DNA of 64,000 nucleotides from Octopus vulgaris. Its lineage: Eukaryota. Below are positions 13,749 through 27,559 of the stretch, in pieces. Below the pieces are notes generated by a model. The model was given only the letters and a program-made list of their open reading frames with translations. It searched no databases and was not told where the DNA came from. Positions within the stretch are counted from its first letter, which is position 1. Every line of letters starts with the position of its first letter. The stretch covers positions 63,488,001 through 63,552,000 of the forward strand of contig OX597819.1 in assembly GCA_951406725.2 (NCBI GenBank), read 5' to 3'. A program made the translations under genes and the position numbers.

Positions 13749-16468
13749 CTAAAATTTGCTAAACTCGTCAACTATACATGTATGTATGCATATATCTACG
13801 TATGTATGTGTGCATGTATATATGTATGTATGCATACGTATGAATGTACGTATGTATAAATATATTTATGCATCTATTTTTCTATGTAAATATGCACGTA
13901 TGTATATATGCCTGTATGTATGCATATATATGTATGCATGTATGTATGCGTGTATGTATGTATGCCTGTATCTATGCATGCATATCTTCTATTTCTCATT
14001 TTTAGTGTAAATTTTGCTCGTCATCCTTTAAATCTTATGGATGTGTTGCTGATTTTACAGGCCCCGATATCGTGATCATTCGTAGCTTATGAATTCGGAT
14101 TTGTATGCTCTGCCCAAGATTCCAAGTTCAACCATACTTTGTTCACGACGTATGTTTGTTTTCATACATACATATATGCATGTATGCATAAATTTATGTA
14201 TGTATATGCTTATATAATTTGTTTATATTTGTGTAAACTGTAAATAAACGTATTTAGATAAAAGTGATATTTCTTATATCTATACACAAACACCCATACG
14301 CATATATATATATGTAAGTATATTTGTATGTATGTATTCATTGAAACACACACATATCTGTTTCTGCAAAGTATCTACTTTATACTTTGTAAGGTAGTTA
14401 CAACGAAATGTTTCACGGGTTTTTAAAATTATATGAAGAGCTACTTAAAGATTAAAAAAAAAAAATTAAACACCATTTTTAATTTTCAGCCACATGAAGC
14501 CCCCCACACACACACGAACAACAACACGTCCTCATACGCCAATCAAATTATTCATGACTTGACTCTATGTTCGTGTCTCGCTCTCATCTACACAGTGAAG
14601 AGGTTAAAGTGCAAGGGTCATAAAAACACTAGCTTTGTCACAGTAATGAAATTAATTCCTTATGGAGATGAGACCAGAAAATAATTCTCATTATCATTCT
14701 CTTTAAACAAGTACTTTCATTCTCTCCCTCTCTCGTTCAAATCTCTTCAATTCGCTTTATTTTTTTCTGTCCATTATTTTCTCAGATCGTGATTTCAACT
14801 CCCTGTCTTTGCAGTTCACTCTGTCTCACCGACCAATATCGTTTAAGTGTAAAAACTTTTGAAAGTTCAAAACTTTCAACCAATAATTCTCAAGATTTTT
14901 TTCAAACTTTAAAAAAAAAAAATGAATAAACAAAACACGCACACGTACGTATATGTACGCGGATACGTATATATATACATATACATATATATATATATGT
15001 GTGTGTGTGTACATATGTATACATGAACACACACATAACACACATACCTCCTCACACACGCGCGCACACATATATCCATACAGACACATATAATCAGAAA
15101 AATTGTTTCACCTATAATTTTCCTTACGATGCATAAGCATGCATACACACATTCATACGCACATGCATACATACATACGTACACACACACACACACACAA
15201 ACACACAAACACACACAGAAACCGACATAGATGCGCTTAAGTATATTTTCCGTTCGTCACACTGTGATAAATGTCCCTATTTCTGTATATATCCTTTTAT
15301 ATCCTTTTCTCAATATCGTACGATCACCGAGAGGGAATCCTCATATTCATCCGTGCAAAATTTTTTTGTTTCTCTCAGCCGGTCTGCCCGGGTCTATGTT
15401 TATGAGTATTCTCCGCTCTCTGTGTATCTGGCTCTCTCCCTATCTCCCTGTCTATGTAACCTCTCTTTCTGCATTTTTCTCCTCGAATCTAGCGCAGGAA
15501 ATGTTCGAGTAACATCTCTGACAAGCACAGTTCATACCATTATTGGTAGTTCCTTACTTTTGTATAAGGTATCTTTTTACACACAACTACACAGACATAC
15601 CCTCTCTCTCTTAATCCTTCGGTCTCTTATCAAATATGTTTTCTAGCTACACTACTTTCCGGCCATCGGCCAGATCATATTTATCTGAATCATGTTCCTA
15701 AAGAGCTCACAATCTTCTTCTACAAAGAACATGATTTTTCTTAACTTGTACCGTTTTACTCTTTCACAATAACAATTACATCTAAATTTTTAATTAAGAA
15801 TATTTAATTAAATACTTCATTTTAGGAATTAAAGTAGGATATTATATAATGAGAAGGGATGGGGGAATTTTAATCCTGAATGTTAACCCTGCTTAGTGTT
15901 TGGCTTTTTTTAATGTTTTTTTTTATGGTATTCTCCTCTTCTGTAAACCGTTTACCGATTTAATCATTTCAAACATTGTTCCATGCTTCATGTTCTACCG
16001 ACACTCAGGCATCGATCTACTTAACAACATGCTAAAGTGCTGGAAACCAATAATTAATATTTCTTTCTTGTGTATCACTAATAACATCAATTGTGCAGAA
16101 TTAGGAAGCTGGATTCCACATTTGGCCGAACATGGCTATTATCATCATGCCTAATGCGTCTAACATTCTTGAACGCACAGTCAACACTTTAATACAGCAT
16201 GGCACTTTGTAAGAGAATTTACTCGAATTCCAACTCTGAGGACACACCGGAAAGTGCTGGAACGAAAGGTTTACGAGCTGGATTCACCAACTATTCGGCA
16301 TTGATTGCTTCTATTGAAGGTCTATACATAACAAAAATCACCCATATTCTACACATAATACATGTATTCATCTATCTCACTTACAAATATATACACACTC
16401 CTCCCAACTACATACAGCCATACACGCAGACGCATAGTCATATATTCATAAAAGAATACACACATATA

Positions 16469-16862
16469 GGCGCAGGAGTTGCTGTGTGGTTAGTAGCTTG
16501 CTTACCAACCACATGGTTCCGGGCTCAGTCCCACTGCGTGGAAACTCGGGCTAGTGTCTTCTACTATAGCCTCCGGCCGAACAAAATCTTGTGAGTGGAT
16601 TTGATATACGGAAACTGAAAGAAGCCCGTCGCATATATGTATATGTATATATGTGTACATGTTTGTCCCCCCAACATCGGTTGCTTGACAGCCGATGCTG
16701 GTGTGTTTACGTCCCCGTAACTTAGCGGTTCGGCAAAAGAGGCCGATAGAATAAGTACTAGGCTTACAAAGAATACGTCCTGGGGTCGATGTGCTCGACT
16801 AACGGCGGTGGTCCAGCATGGCCGCAGTCAAATAACTGTAACAAGTAAAAGAGTGTAAAAGA
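16469..16862 (+). mobile_element. SINE family A
   Basis: Colinear with 11519-12022. Confidence 0.85.
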
Positions 16863-16873
16863 ATGTATGCATG

Positions 16874-16994
<121 letters not shown>

Positions 16995-17290
16995 GTGTGT
17001 GTGTGTGTGACTAGAAATAAGACCTAAACCGCTCTAATGCTGCAGTTAATGCACATGAATGAAAACATACATTAACAGGGACGATAATCGTCCGAAAATT
17101 GCCGATCGAGTATTCTTAATAGTGAAGGATCAGTTTCGGCAATTTCCTTTGCCGTTACTGTACAGGTTTTATTCGTGTACATTAACTAGATCACTAGACC
17201 AGCTCACCTCTTAGTTATAGTAATATAGGCGTTTCCTAACACCCTGGTCACATTTTGTGGGATTTCTAATTCTCCTTTATATGAATTTTA

Positions 17291-17545
17291 TATCAGGTTG
17301 AGTAAGAAGTAAGCAACGTTTTCAAATATGAAATTCATCATAATATGTATTTCAACAATGCAGAAATGTTATTCATCAAAGTAAGCACCATTACAATGAA
17401 CACACTTTTGCCAACGAGTTACAAGTTTGTTTCTTCCGGTAACACAACAATATGAACACACTTTCAGTATCGGTTTGATTTTTGAACTCCTTCTCTCACA
17501 GGAAATTATCAAGGAGATTGTAAAATTTGTAGTCGGTAGGAGAAA
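17291..17545 (-). mobile_element. Mariner 3' fragment (transposase C-terminus and TIR)
   Basis: KLVTRWQKCVHCNGAYFDE* on the minus strand, ending in a TA-TCAGGTTG TIR-like end. Confidence 0.75.
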
Positions 17546-18641
17546 TTCCTTTAGGTGATACCAGACATCAATCTTTTATTGATATTAGCTAAATAAGTTA
17601 ATATATATTTTTTAGTCTAATATATTTTGAATTATTATTCATTTTCTAAAAATCTTCTCTGTTGGTGTTAATAAGCTACATATACTTTATCATGGTTTTA
17701 GTGATTAAGCTATTTTAGTTTCTTTTTCTGTGGTGTTCTGCCATACTTGATTATTTTATTTCCTTATTTTATAATAAGCCTTTATTTATTTATAAAATTA
17801 ATCTAATTTGTGTATCTCTATAAATTCATACTTAGCGTATATAAAACTATACTGGTATATTCACTACTTATATAAAACTGCTTAGATTATAATTTTATTA
17901 ATATATAATTAGCATGTTCTTTTACCTCAATACTCCTTTATTAATTCCAGTCTAAACAAATTAATCAATATTCACAGATACCATCTGGCGCGTTAGTATT
18001 TAAATGTATAATATATATAAATTTAAACTATTTCTGGATAATTTCTTTTCCTCCATCTATTGTGGTAAAATTTTGGTATATACTCAAAATTATTAAGAAT
18101 TTCTATATTTTGTTATAATATTCTTCGTAATAATCCTCTGAATAGCCCCAAACTTTAACTGTGTACAATATAGCAACATTGTTTAAAATATTTTAACTAT
18201 AGTTCTATGTGTTAAGACTTCCACTTTTTTCATTATCAATAGTCTGCTAGTGGGTGACCCCCTTAATTGTCAGCTAACATCGTGTTTTAAGTTTTCCTTT
18301 ACCAAACCTCATGATAGTGTTTCTAATAAATCTTGATTTTTATGACTATATTAACTATGATTTCAGTCTGCTCCCTCAGCCCAGCCCTTTTGTTCTCTCA
18401 GCCTTAGATATACAAGTATTCGATAAACTAGTCTATAAATTAAAACTGACCCCCTAAAAACAAAGAAAATCAGTGACAGACAAAGTCTGTAACAATTTAC
18501 ATCTTCTTGATACCTTAATAGCTTCTATGCTGGAGTGAAGACAGCATGTTCTTTGTCTATCTCTTTAACTTCTTGGAGATTTTAGGTATAATTATACTAA
18601 TGTGCACATTTGTTTTAATTTAATTAAATTCTATGTCTTTG

Positions 18642-18727
18642 TGCAGCTGAAGATTGCTCTGCATTTAAATTGATGTAATGATAGCATTGTTCAATTAAGA
18701 TGAGTTGCATGAAACGATCGTACTGCA
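18642..18727 (+). ncRNA. Type I hammerhead ribozyme with a long (57-nt) stem II region
   Basis: tgcag-CTGAAGA-ttgc...gcat-GAAA-cgatcg-TA^-ctgca. Confidence 0.7.
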
Positions 18728-21700
18728 TTACCTCTGGATATCCTTGTTGGTTATTTTGATTTGAGATAGATAGATAGTTGTCAGTAAAGTGAAAGAGGGT
18801 ACAGATCAGTAACAGCATTTCTAGAAATTAAGATATTTACATATATTTGTGTGTAAACTGACGAGGGTTGGTTGGATCAAAAATATTGTAGAGCACATTT
18901 GCTCAAAGTGACTCTCAATGGTCTGAAACCAGAACCATGTGGTTGGGATTAAACTTCTTACTACATGGCCACGCCGGTGCCAATAGCCAGGCCTGCAATT
19001 AATTTGGTTGCGTTTTAACTTCTGATTTCAAATTTCCTCGGTGTCGACTGTTAACTGTCATTCTCCAACGTCGAACAAAACTGCCCCCTACGCCGAAATT
19101 TCAGGCCATTTAGTTATAGCCAAAAGAAATATTGTTTTACCAACATTTGAATAAGATTCCCAATATTCCTCACAATTTCGTCTCCTTCCTGCACACATCA
19201 GTGAATGTATAAATTTTCTTTCTCGTTAAATCCATCTTCTTATGCCTAACGATCCGGCTATTACATATAGACGTCAACAACCTTCATAATTGCTATATTC
19301 GATCTTCTGCGTTCGCCACGAAGAGTTTCGTGTCTTTAATAATTAAATTTTCTTATTTATTTAGAAACCAGTTTAATTGCAAGGTAATTCATTATTAGCA
19401 TTGATCGACTTTCAATTGAACAAATTGTCACACACACACACGCGCGTGTGCACATACACACATACATACACGCACACATACATACAAACACATACGCGCA
19501 CACACACACACGTAAATATACATACATACTTCCAATTAGCACCAGTTCGATAGCACATTTCTTTAATTTCCAATCTATTTTCACACACTCAATTTCCAAC
19601 ATGTCTATATATATTTACTCTTCCTGCCTCTTTATGATTCAGGACATATGCACTTAAATACTTAGACACACACACATACACACACACAAACAAACGCACG
19701 TACACACAAGCACATGCATAGATGCACACTTATATGAGTGTGTGTGCCTGTGTTTAAAGATGGAATAGAAACATATATACACGTGTGTGTATTTATATAC
19801 ATGCATACATACTAATATACATACATGTGTGTATGTATATATATATATATATACATATATACCATGACCTCTCTCGTCGTTAGACGACGGGTGACGGTGG
19901 TTCGGCAACTTCTTGTCGAACGACCACAAAGATGATTTGTTTGCAGTGGTCAAATTTTTGTGCGCACTTAAACTCGCTCCCTACATCAAATCGACATTAC
20001 CTGTAAAGGTGCATCATGTACTGCATGTCAGATAACGAAATGATCGCAGAGCAACGTAAAATGAAGTGCTTTGCTCAAGACCAGAACACAACGCCCTGTC
20101 TAGGAATCGAAACTATTAACCACTAAGCCATGCGTCTTCACTCATGTCCTTCCCTATTTAACATTGTCCCAAAACAGATGAAAGAGGAAAAGGATGCCAT
20201 CACCTGTAAACGGAATCTGGACAAATTTCTTCAAGAAATACCAGATAAACCACCTATACCTGGATACAACTCACTGAACAAGAACCTTGTCCGTCTTTTT
20301 TTGTCTCCTCTATATTTATTCCCCTATGGGCAATAAGCAAATAAACAATAAAGGTAGAAATCGTCCAGGATTCTAAGAAATTCGTAGTTATGAATTCTTG
20401 TATATATTTTGTCCGCATTTTCCCTTTGACAATCCATGAAGCATCACTACATTTGTATTTCGAGATTCGTTGCCATCCATATTTATATATATATAAAAAA
20501 AACGTGTATGCTTTCTATTTTAGTGTCCAGTTATTGCTCGTATGATGTAGTTATTGCTCGTGTGATGTATTTTGCCAATTTTCTATTTTAGCTGCATCAG
20601 TTGTAATAAGCCTATAAACTTTTGTCTTCTGGTATTGTTTAGCCCTTCGTATACTTAATTATCACGTTTGTGGTGGTGGCAGTGAAACAATTTAACACAT
20701 CTCTTCATTGTGTGGCGCGAAATAGCATGAGAAAGTAGAGATGAGATAATAAGAATTCAACGTGATATAAAACAGATTTCAAGTATCTAAATTGTCAAAC
20801 TTTGATAAATGCAAAGTACAATTTTTTATGCATTAATGGCTGTTCAGTAATTCACTCCAGAAAATCCTCCTTAAGTGACAAATATATTACAAAAGACAAG
20901 TAAATCCAACATAGTTTGTTTCATAGGAGAGGCTGCCTGGGTGATATTTATTTGCTCAACATTTTAAAGTAGTCGAGAGGGAATTTGAAAATATGAAGGT
21001 TAATTTTGTAAGGGCAACTTAAAAGGAAGTATGTTTAGCTTTTATGGCAAAAAGAGAGACACCAAAATAAGGAGCTTGTTTGATGTAGAACGAGACACTT
21101 CGAGGGAAAAAAAGCATTTTTCAGAACGAGAAAAAGCAGATCTAAATTTGGTATAGTTATTAAAAAATTGCGGGATTTTATCACGCTGATGATCTCTAAA
21201 ATGAATGATATAGTGCTGTACATGATTATCAAAAACTAGAAATTAATAATGTGAATTCTCTGCGTTTATTTCATCTTAATTCTTTAATCTCAATCTCAAA
21301 TGTTTCACCTTTCTTCATACTGTGACGAAATAATTATAACCTTCGTAATAGCTGTGGATATTAGGGTGAACCGCGTATTTTATACAAAGAAATTATCTGA
21401 CAATATAATACCTGTAATCCGAGTGAGTAAACTTATAATCAAATATAGATTCAGATTAGCATGTGTTGACATCACAGGAACGTCACTTGAAATACTGTTG
21501 TTTTTGTGGGTTTTCTAAATGAATAATTTGTTACAGATATTCCGGATTTCTATCGCCTAAGATTTTAAAAGTTAGAAATTATTACTGTTGATTCTGGAAT
21601 TTTCGGAATTACAATATTTTCGGATTCAGGTTTTTCCCGATTTGCATGTTTTTAGTCTCATAAAAGTAACAGCTACCATGAAGCACAAGTAACAACGAAT

Positions 21701-21856
21701 TCTCAACATGTAGCATCCAAAAGAGGGAGTGTGGCTTTTCGAACGTAGCTCTTCGTCAGAAAGAAGATACAGGAAAAGTCCAGCAAGAATGAAAAAAAAG
21801 CAGTCTGAGAAAGGCTCGTGTGGCGTTACGTGGTTCAAAGATAACTCTATACATAA

Positions 21857-21928
<72 letters not shown>

Positions 21929-22865
21929 ATTAACACAAACACACACACATACATATATATAATGCAGGAGACATTTAAAAATATTTATCGTTTTATAAGT
22001 CAGAGTAATTTTGCAGTACAACTTTATATTAGTCTACACTTCAAAAAATTGAAAAATCTGAAAAATCCAATTCTTATATATTTTCATAAAAAGGTGAATT
22101 TTATGGTCATTTTCTTTCTGATAAGACTTTCAGCTACACAACCAAATCCTATAAGAAATTATTATTGCCTGCGACATCGACTTTCTGTTTCCGTGATTTA
22201 TTTAATGTATTATTTTCTACCATCCATTTAGTGCCATGTATGTAGGCATAATATGAAGTATGTTTTTTTTCAAGAACTATTCAGTTTGAGATTATTTATT
22301 CTTTCCCTTCACGTCATTCTCTGTAGCATGTTCATGTGGTTTAATGAATTCTAACATTTATAATGCTTTAAATATTATAATTTTAATTAAATTCAAATGA
22401 AATATGATTTTACATCCGTTTCATTTTTGTGTAAGTGAAACGATTTTATCACAAAATCCTCTTTCGGGGCTCTACTCTTTGTATTTTTCAGTTTTCTTTC
22501 TTTTGGCGTCCATTATTTATGGTTTCTGCTGAGCACTCTGACAATGTTATCACTCTCAGACCTTTTAGACACTGAGATTGTTATAAATTTTCTTGTAATG
22601 TTATGAAAGCTGATGTAATTTTTTATACGTATTTTTATGAAAATCGCAAGAGAAAAAGTGCAAACAAAAACATTATATCGAGATAAACACGGGAACAATT
22701 AAAAAAACAAATAGAGATAAAAAGTTCTAAATAATTGACCACAATTTCGTTTTGCTTCATGATGGAGTCTCTTGAAATAAATAACAGTCTCTTGAAATAA
22801 ATCAACAGTTCGTGTCACAGACGTGAAGAAATATAAAATGATCAGTTTCGAATAAAGGATACCTA

Positions 22866-22949
<84 letters not shown>

Positions 22950-23122
22950 TGTCTCACCTTCTAGAGACGTCTTATTTACACGTTTCTGATTAGCTTTGGA
23001 TGTTTTATTAATGGCTTAACAATCATTTTAATCGTACCCTTGAAACTGACGTGAAACCCAAATTAAGAAAATAACAATCGGAATAAGAAAACAACGATAT
23101 GTACGCTTGCGGCTATATATAT

Positions 23123-24580
23123 CTACTAGCATTAAAGACCCGTCGCTGCCGGGTCATAGTGTTAATGTATGTATATATGTGTATATACATGTGTACATAT
23201 TACATGTACATCTATATATATACATCTACATATAAAATTCAAAATACAAAGTTATATCTTGATATCTCTCGTGATAACAATGCTCAAAATATATAACAGA
23301 CTGGAATTGTTAGCCCGTCTCTTGTAATTTCGATCAATTGTATCTTGTCCTCCCTCTTGTATAGAAGTGTGGCTACAATCCAGCCTACCTCTACTTCGGG
23401 GGGGGGGGGCATTTTAAATTTTTATCCGGGACGTCCTACGTCCCAGATATAAAGGTAAAAATAAAATATTGACTCGAACCTTGCTTCTATTGTGGCGAAT
23501 TTACCGCCTCTGATTAGATATCTTTCATAGTCACACCAAGACACTTTTCGAAGGTGCTTTCCTCCATGTGTTCAAATCTTCTTTTTTCTCTACATTGTAT
23601 ACTTTAAAGATAACAAGCGACGCGCCATTCTTCGTTGCGGTGACCCTCGCGTAAGTCTCCATGACTGAGGGTCAACGCTACTTCTATAAAAAATAACGAC
23701 ACGCAGCGACAAGCGCCTCGCGCGATTCGATCCTGTTTCGTCTCTTTCTACAATTTTTCACTTTGTTTCACTCTTTCACACAAAAATAACGTCTGACACT
23801 GACAGTATAATATCAGGAACTCAGTAGAAGCATCTTTCGAGAAAACAGACATTACATACAGCCAAACTTCATATAGATACTTAATGCTAGCTAATTAGCA
23901 AATAATCAAATGTAAAAGCCGTGCACACCTCCATCTGGACTATTCCATTTCTGCACTTAAATTTTATTTTTTATTTATTCCCATTCATGTGTAACCACTG
24001 ATTCAAGTTCAAGTCATTGATGCAATTTTATACCAATTGCTATTTTAATTTTTTTTTTATGTTACGATTATATAATACTTTAGTTTGATTTTAATTATTA
24101 CTTACTACATATAATTCAATTGTTATTATTATCTCTAATTTTTGTTGTTGAAGTGAAAGCATCTGACATAAAATAGAGAAATGCTTTTGTTTCACTTTTA
24201 ACACGCAATACTGAAATAGTGGAGAAGATATGATATTGCTATGGGCTCGCTCTAGGTAAGAAGTTGAACATTTCTTTTTGCCCATGAAACTACATGGACC
24301 ATAAGTAAGTCATGTGTAAAATTTGAATGAAATTGGTTGTGTAGTTTTCAAGTTTTAGGGAATCGTAGGGGAGAAGATATGATATTGCTGTGGGCTCACC
24401 CTAGGCAAAAAGTTCAAATTTGTTTGCCGATGACACTCCCCGGACCCTAAGAAAGGCATGTGTAAAATTTGAATGAAATTGGTTGTGTAGTTCTTAAGTT
24501 TTAGGGAAACACACAGACAGACAGAGTGACAGACTGACAGACAAACATACACACATTCTCAGTTTTATATATATAGAGAT
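23123..24580 (+). mobile_element. Helentron-associated non-autonomous element(s) (HINE/DINE-1-like) with two internal repeats of about 150 bp
   Basis: ACTAGC start with a gacccg/cgggtc hairpin. Repeats start at 24221 and 24370. A (GACA)n tract is followed by ttttatatatatagagat. The two ends may belong to separate copies. Confidence 0.55.
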
Positions 24581-24624
24581 ATCTATATCTATATCTATGT
24601 CTATATCTATATCTATATCTATAG

Positions 24625-24701
<77 letters not shown>

Positions 24702-24704
<3 letters not shown>

Positions 24705-24899
24705 TCGCCATGTTGATTCGCTAGCCTCTGAACGCATTTTTTCTCTCCTTGTTTCTTTCTGTGTATCTTTCTGTTGAAGAGCGTAGGCTCGAAACGTAAA
24801 AGACTTGTTTTATTTATATTCCTGAGCGCCATACTAATACAATTGTTTGTTTGTATTCCACCTGCCTTCGTCTTTTGTTTATTTTCATAAAGCTTCCCG

Positions 24900-24901
<2 letters not shown>
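24702..24901 (+). mobile_element. Related short element with an HHR-like motif at 24766-24803 (core CUGUUGA). Relatives at 63165-63345 (-), 59895-60030 (+), 21680-21835 (-) and 5790-6100 (inverted pair)
   Basis: tcttt-CTGTTGA-a-gagc(gtag)gctc-GAAA-cg-TA-aaaga. (TA)n on both sides. Confidence 0.6.
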
Positions 24902-24952
<51 letters not shown>

Positions 24953-25562
24953 TAATGCAATGTCTGATGAAGTATGCACATTGCGATGGAAGAAGACTCG
25001 AGATACATAGATATTAGGAATAATCTTAAATAATATCTTATGTATATGTAAAGGTCTTTACTAATGAATATGTGAGATGCAGAATCATATGTCACGAAAA
25101 ATGATTAAAAGCTAAAAATTTCTATCGGCAAGTCATTATCGTTATTATAATATTTATCCTAATTTGAAAGGAGTTTTACATGTAAAATTATACCCGTGGA
25201 TTACATTGGGAGGTGGGACTAGAGAAAAGAAAACAAGTATGGTCTTTATTTGCAAACATTGGCACTTGAAATGATTTCCCAATCTATTTGAATATCACTG
25301 GCAATTATTGCAAGAATTTATTTTGCTTTCTTTATTCAAAAGAGATGCATTTCTCAAACGAACATGTTTTAACTTTCTCATCCAGCGTATCACCCCTTAA
25401 CGCGCGTGTCTGAATATGTATTCCTGTGGGCAGAGATACTAATGTTTATAAGTTTGCCTTCACGCATACACGCACACGCACATACACACACACATATATG
25501 TATGTATATATATATATATATACCTACACAAGCATATATTACCTGAACACAGACAATATATA

Positions 25563-25720
25563 CAGGAGTGGCTGTGTGGTAAGTAACTTGCTAACCAACC
25601 ACATGGTTCTGGGTTCAGTCCCACTGCGTGGCATCTTGGGCAAGTGTCTTCTACTATAGCCCCGGGCCGACCAAAGCCGTGTGAGTGGATTTGGTAGACG
25701 GAAACTGAAAGAAGCCTGTC

Positions 25721-25778
<58 letters not shown>

Positions 25779-25990
25779 TTGTGTGTCTGTGTTTGTCCCC
25801 CTAGCATTGCTTGACAACCGATGCCGGTATGTTTACGTCCCCGTCACTTAGCGGTACGGCAAAAGAGACCGATAGAATAAGTACTGGGCTTACAAAGAAT
25901 AAGTCTCGGGGTCGATTTGCTCGACTAAAGGCGGTGCTCCAGCATGGCTGCAGTCAAATGACTGAAACAAGTAAAAGAGTAAAAGAGTAA
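25563..25990 (+). mobile_element. SINE family A
   Basis: Colinear with 16469-16862. Confidence 0.85.
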
Positions 25991-26080
25991 AACGAGTATA
26001 TACACACACATATATACATATATATATACACACACATATATATATATACACACATATATGTACATGCAAATATATATTTA

Positions 26081-26131
<51 letters not shown>

Positions 26132-27559
26132 GTGTGTATATATATATATGTGCATGCAAATATATGTTTGTGCGCAACGGGTTTGTGTTGTTGTGTGTGC
26201 ACAGATGTGTACGTGCGCATGAGTGTCTGCGGGAATGTGTTTCAGCATGCATTCACATAACAAGAATATTTCCAATAGGAATGTCAAGAGCGATACACAA
26301 AATATTAATGAGACAGGCATAGTCATAAAACTATGCAGGAATTCATTACGTATATCAATAATGAACTGCGTTTAAGAAGCCAAATATTAAGAGGTAATAT
26401 AGTTACAAAGTCATAACGCCTCATTTATAAATTTAGTGACATATAACAGCCTTTTGAATCTTTTTAATATCGCTTACATGCAACGGCACTATATTGTCTA
26501 TTATAAAAAAAAGTGTGTGGTTTTAGTACATTTTAAGATGATAATTTGAGGTATGGCAATACGCCGTATTAATATTAGTAATGTAACAGAAGTAAATCTA
26601 TACAATAAAAATAGGATTTTATATAACCAATGTTGTTTAATAGGTCAGTTTACAACGTTGAATCTAATATTGTGAACGTTAAATATGTTATATTTATCGA
26701 AGTATTACAATATTCAACTTGTGTGTGGAATTACGACTTATTTAATATGCATTGACGCATTGCTTCCTCAACTGGGAACTTTAAAATCTTCAGTACGACG
26801 TATGCTTTCCCGAGGTTTCAGTTCCTAATACATTTGAACAACAAGAACACTGACTTGGTGTAATGTAGTTCTAGATATATAACACCTGAAGAAAGACGGA
26901 ATTCTCATTGCATTTGATCTTCGTTTGTTCCATTAGGGCTGAGAGAGGAGCAAAAATGAAAAAAATAATAGCACAAACAATACTGCCAAAACCAGAAACA
27001 TCAAAGCCAACATTCACAGAACAACAAAGGATATCTGAAGAGGTCCATTAACCAGCTAAAATTGATATTAAATTATTTCTCTTATCCCAGCTGAACATTT
27101 GACAAAAGGAAAGACATGTTGCATAATATTGTGCTATATAGAAGGACTTTGAAACAACGGGAGGGAATCGTCATAGCTGAAACGAATTTTATCATATTTT
27201 TATTGTATTGCTGCTAACGTTGCGACAAAGAATAACACCAGAAAGCAAAAATTGTACAAGTCCAGTCAAAATATTTTGTTGGTCCCTATCGTAATTGTAA
27301 TATGTTTTATATAATGTTGCTTTTTATGTTTGTATTTATTAAAATCTGAAATCAATGTATATCGAAATATAATTTACATTCATGGATGTTTTGCAAGCAG
27401 CTTCCAAATACAAGTGCTACCAGTCGAAAGCTCCGCATACCGGAAGCCAGCAGCTGTATGGTATCATTGCGCACCTGTCCCACCTCACTGAAATGAGGCC
27501 CTGCCTGTTGGATCAACTGGTTTTCAGGTATAACTCAATATTCTTCTAAACATCATTCA

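Noticed and set aside
24962-25010. atgt-CTGATGA...GAGA-tacat HHR-like string
   Set aside because: GAAA and stem III are missing, so it cannot be distinguished from chance.
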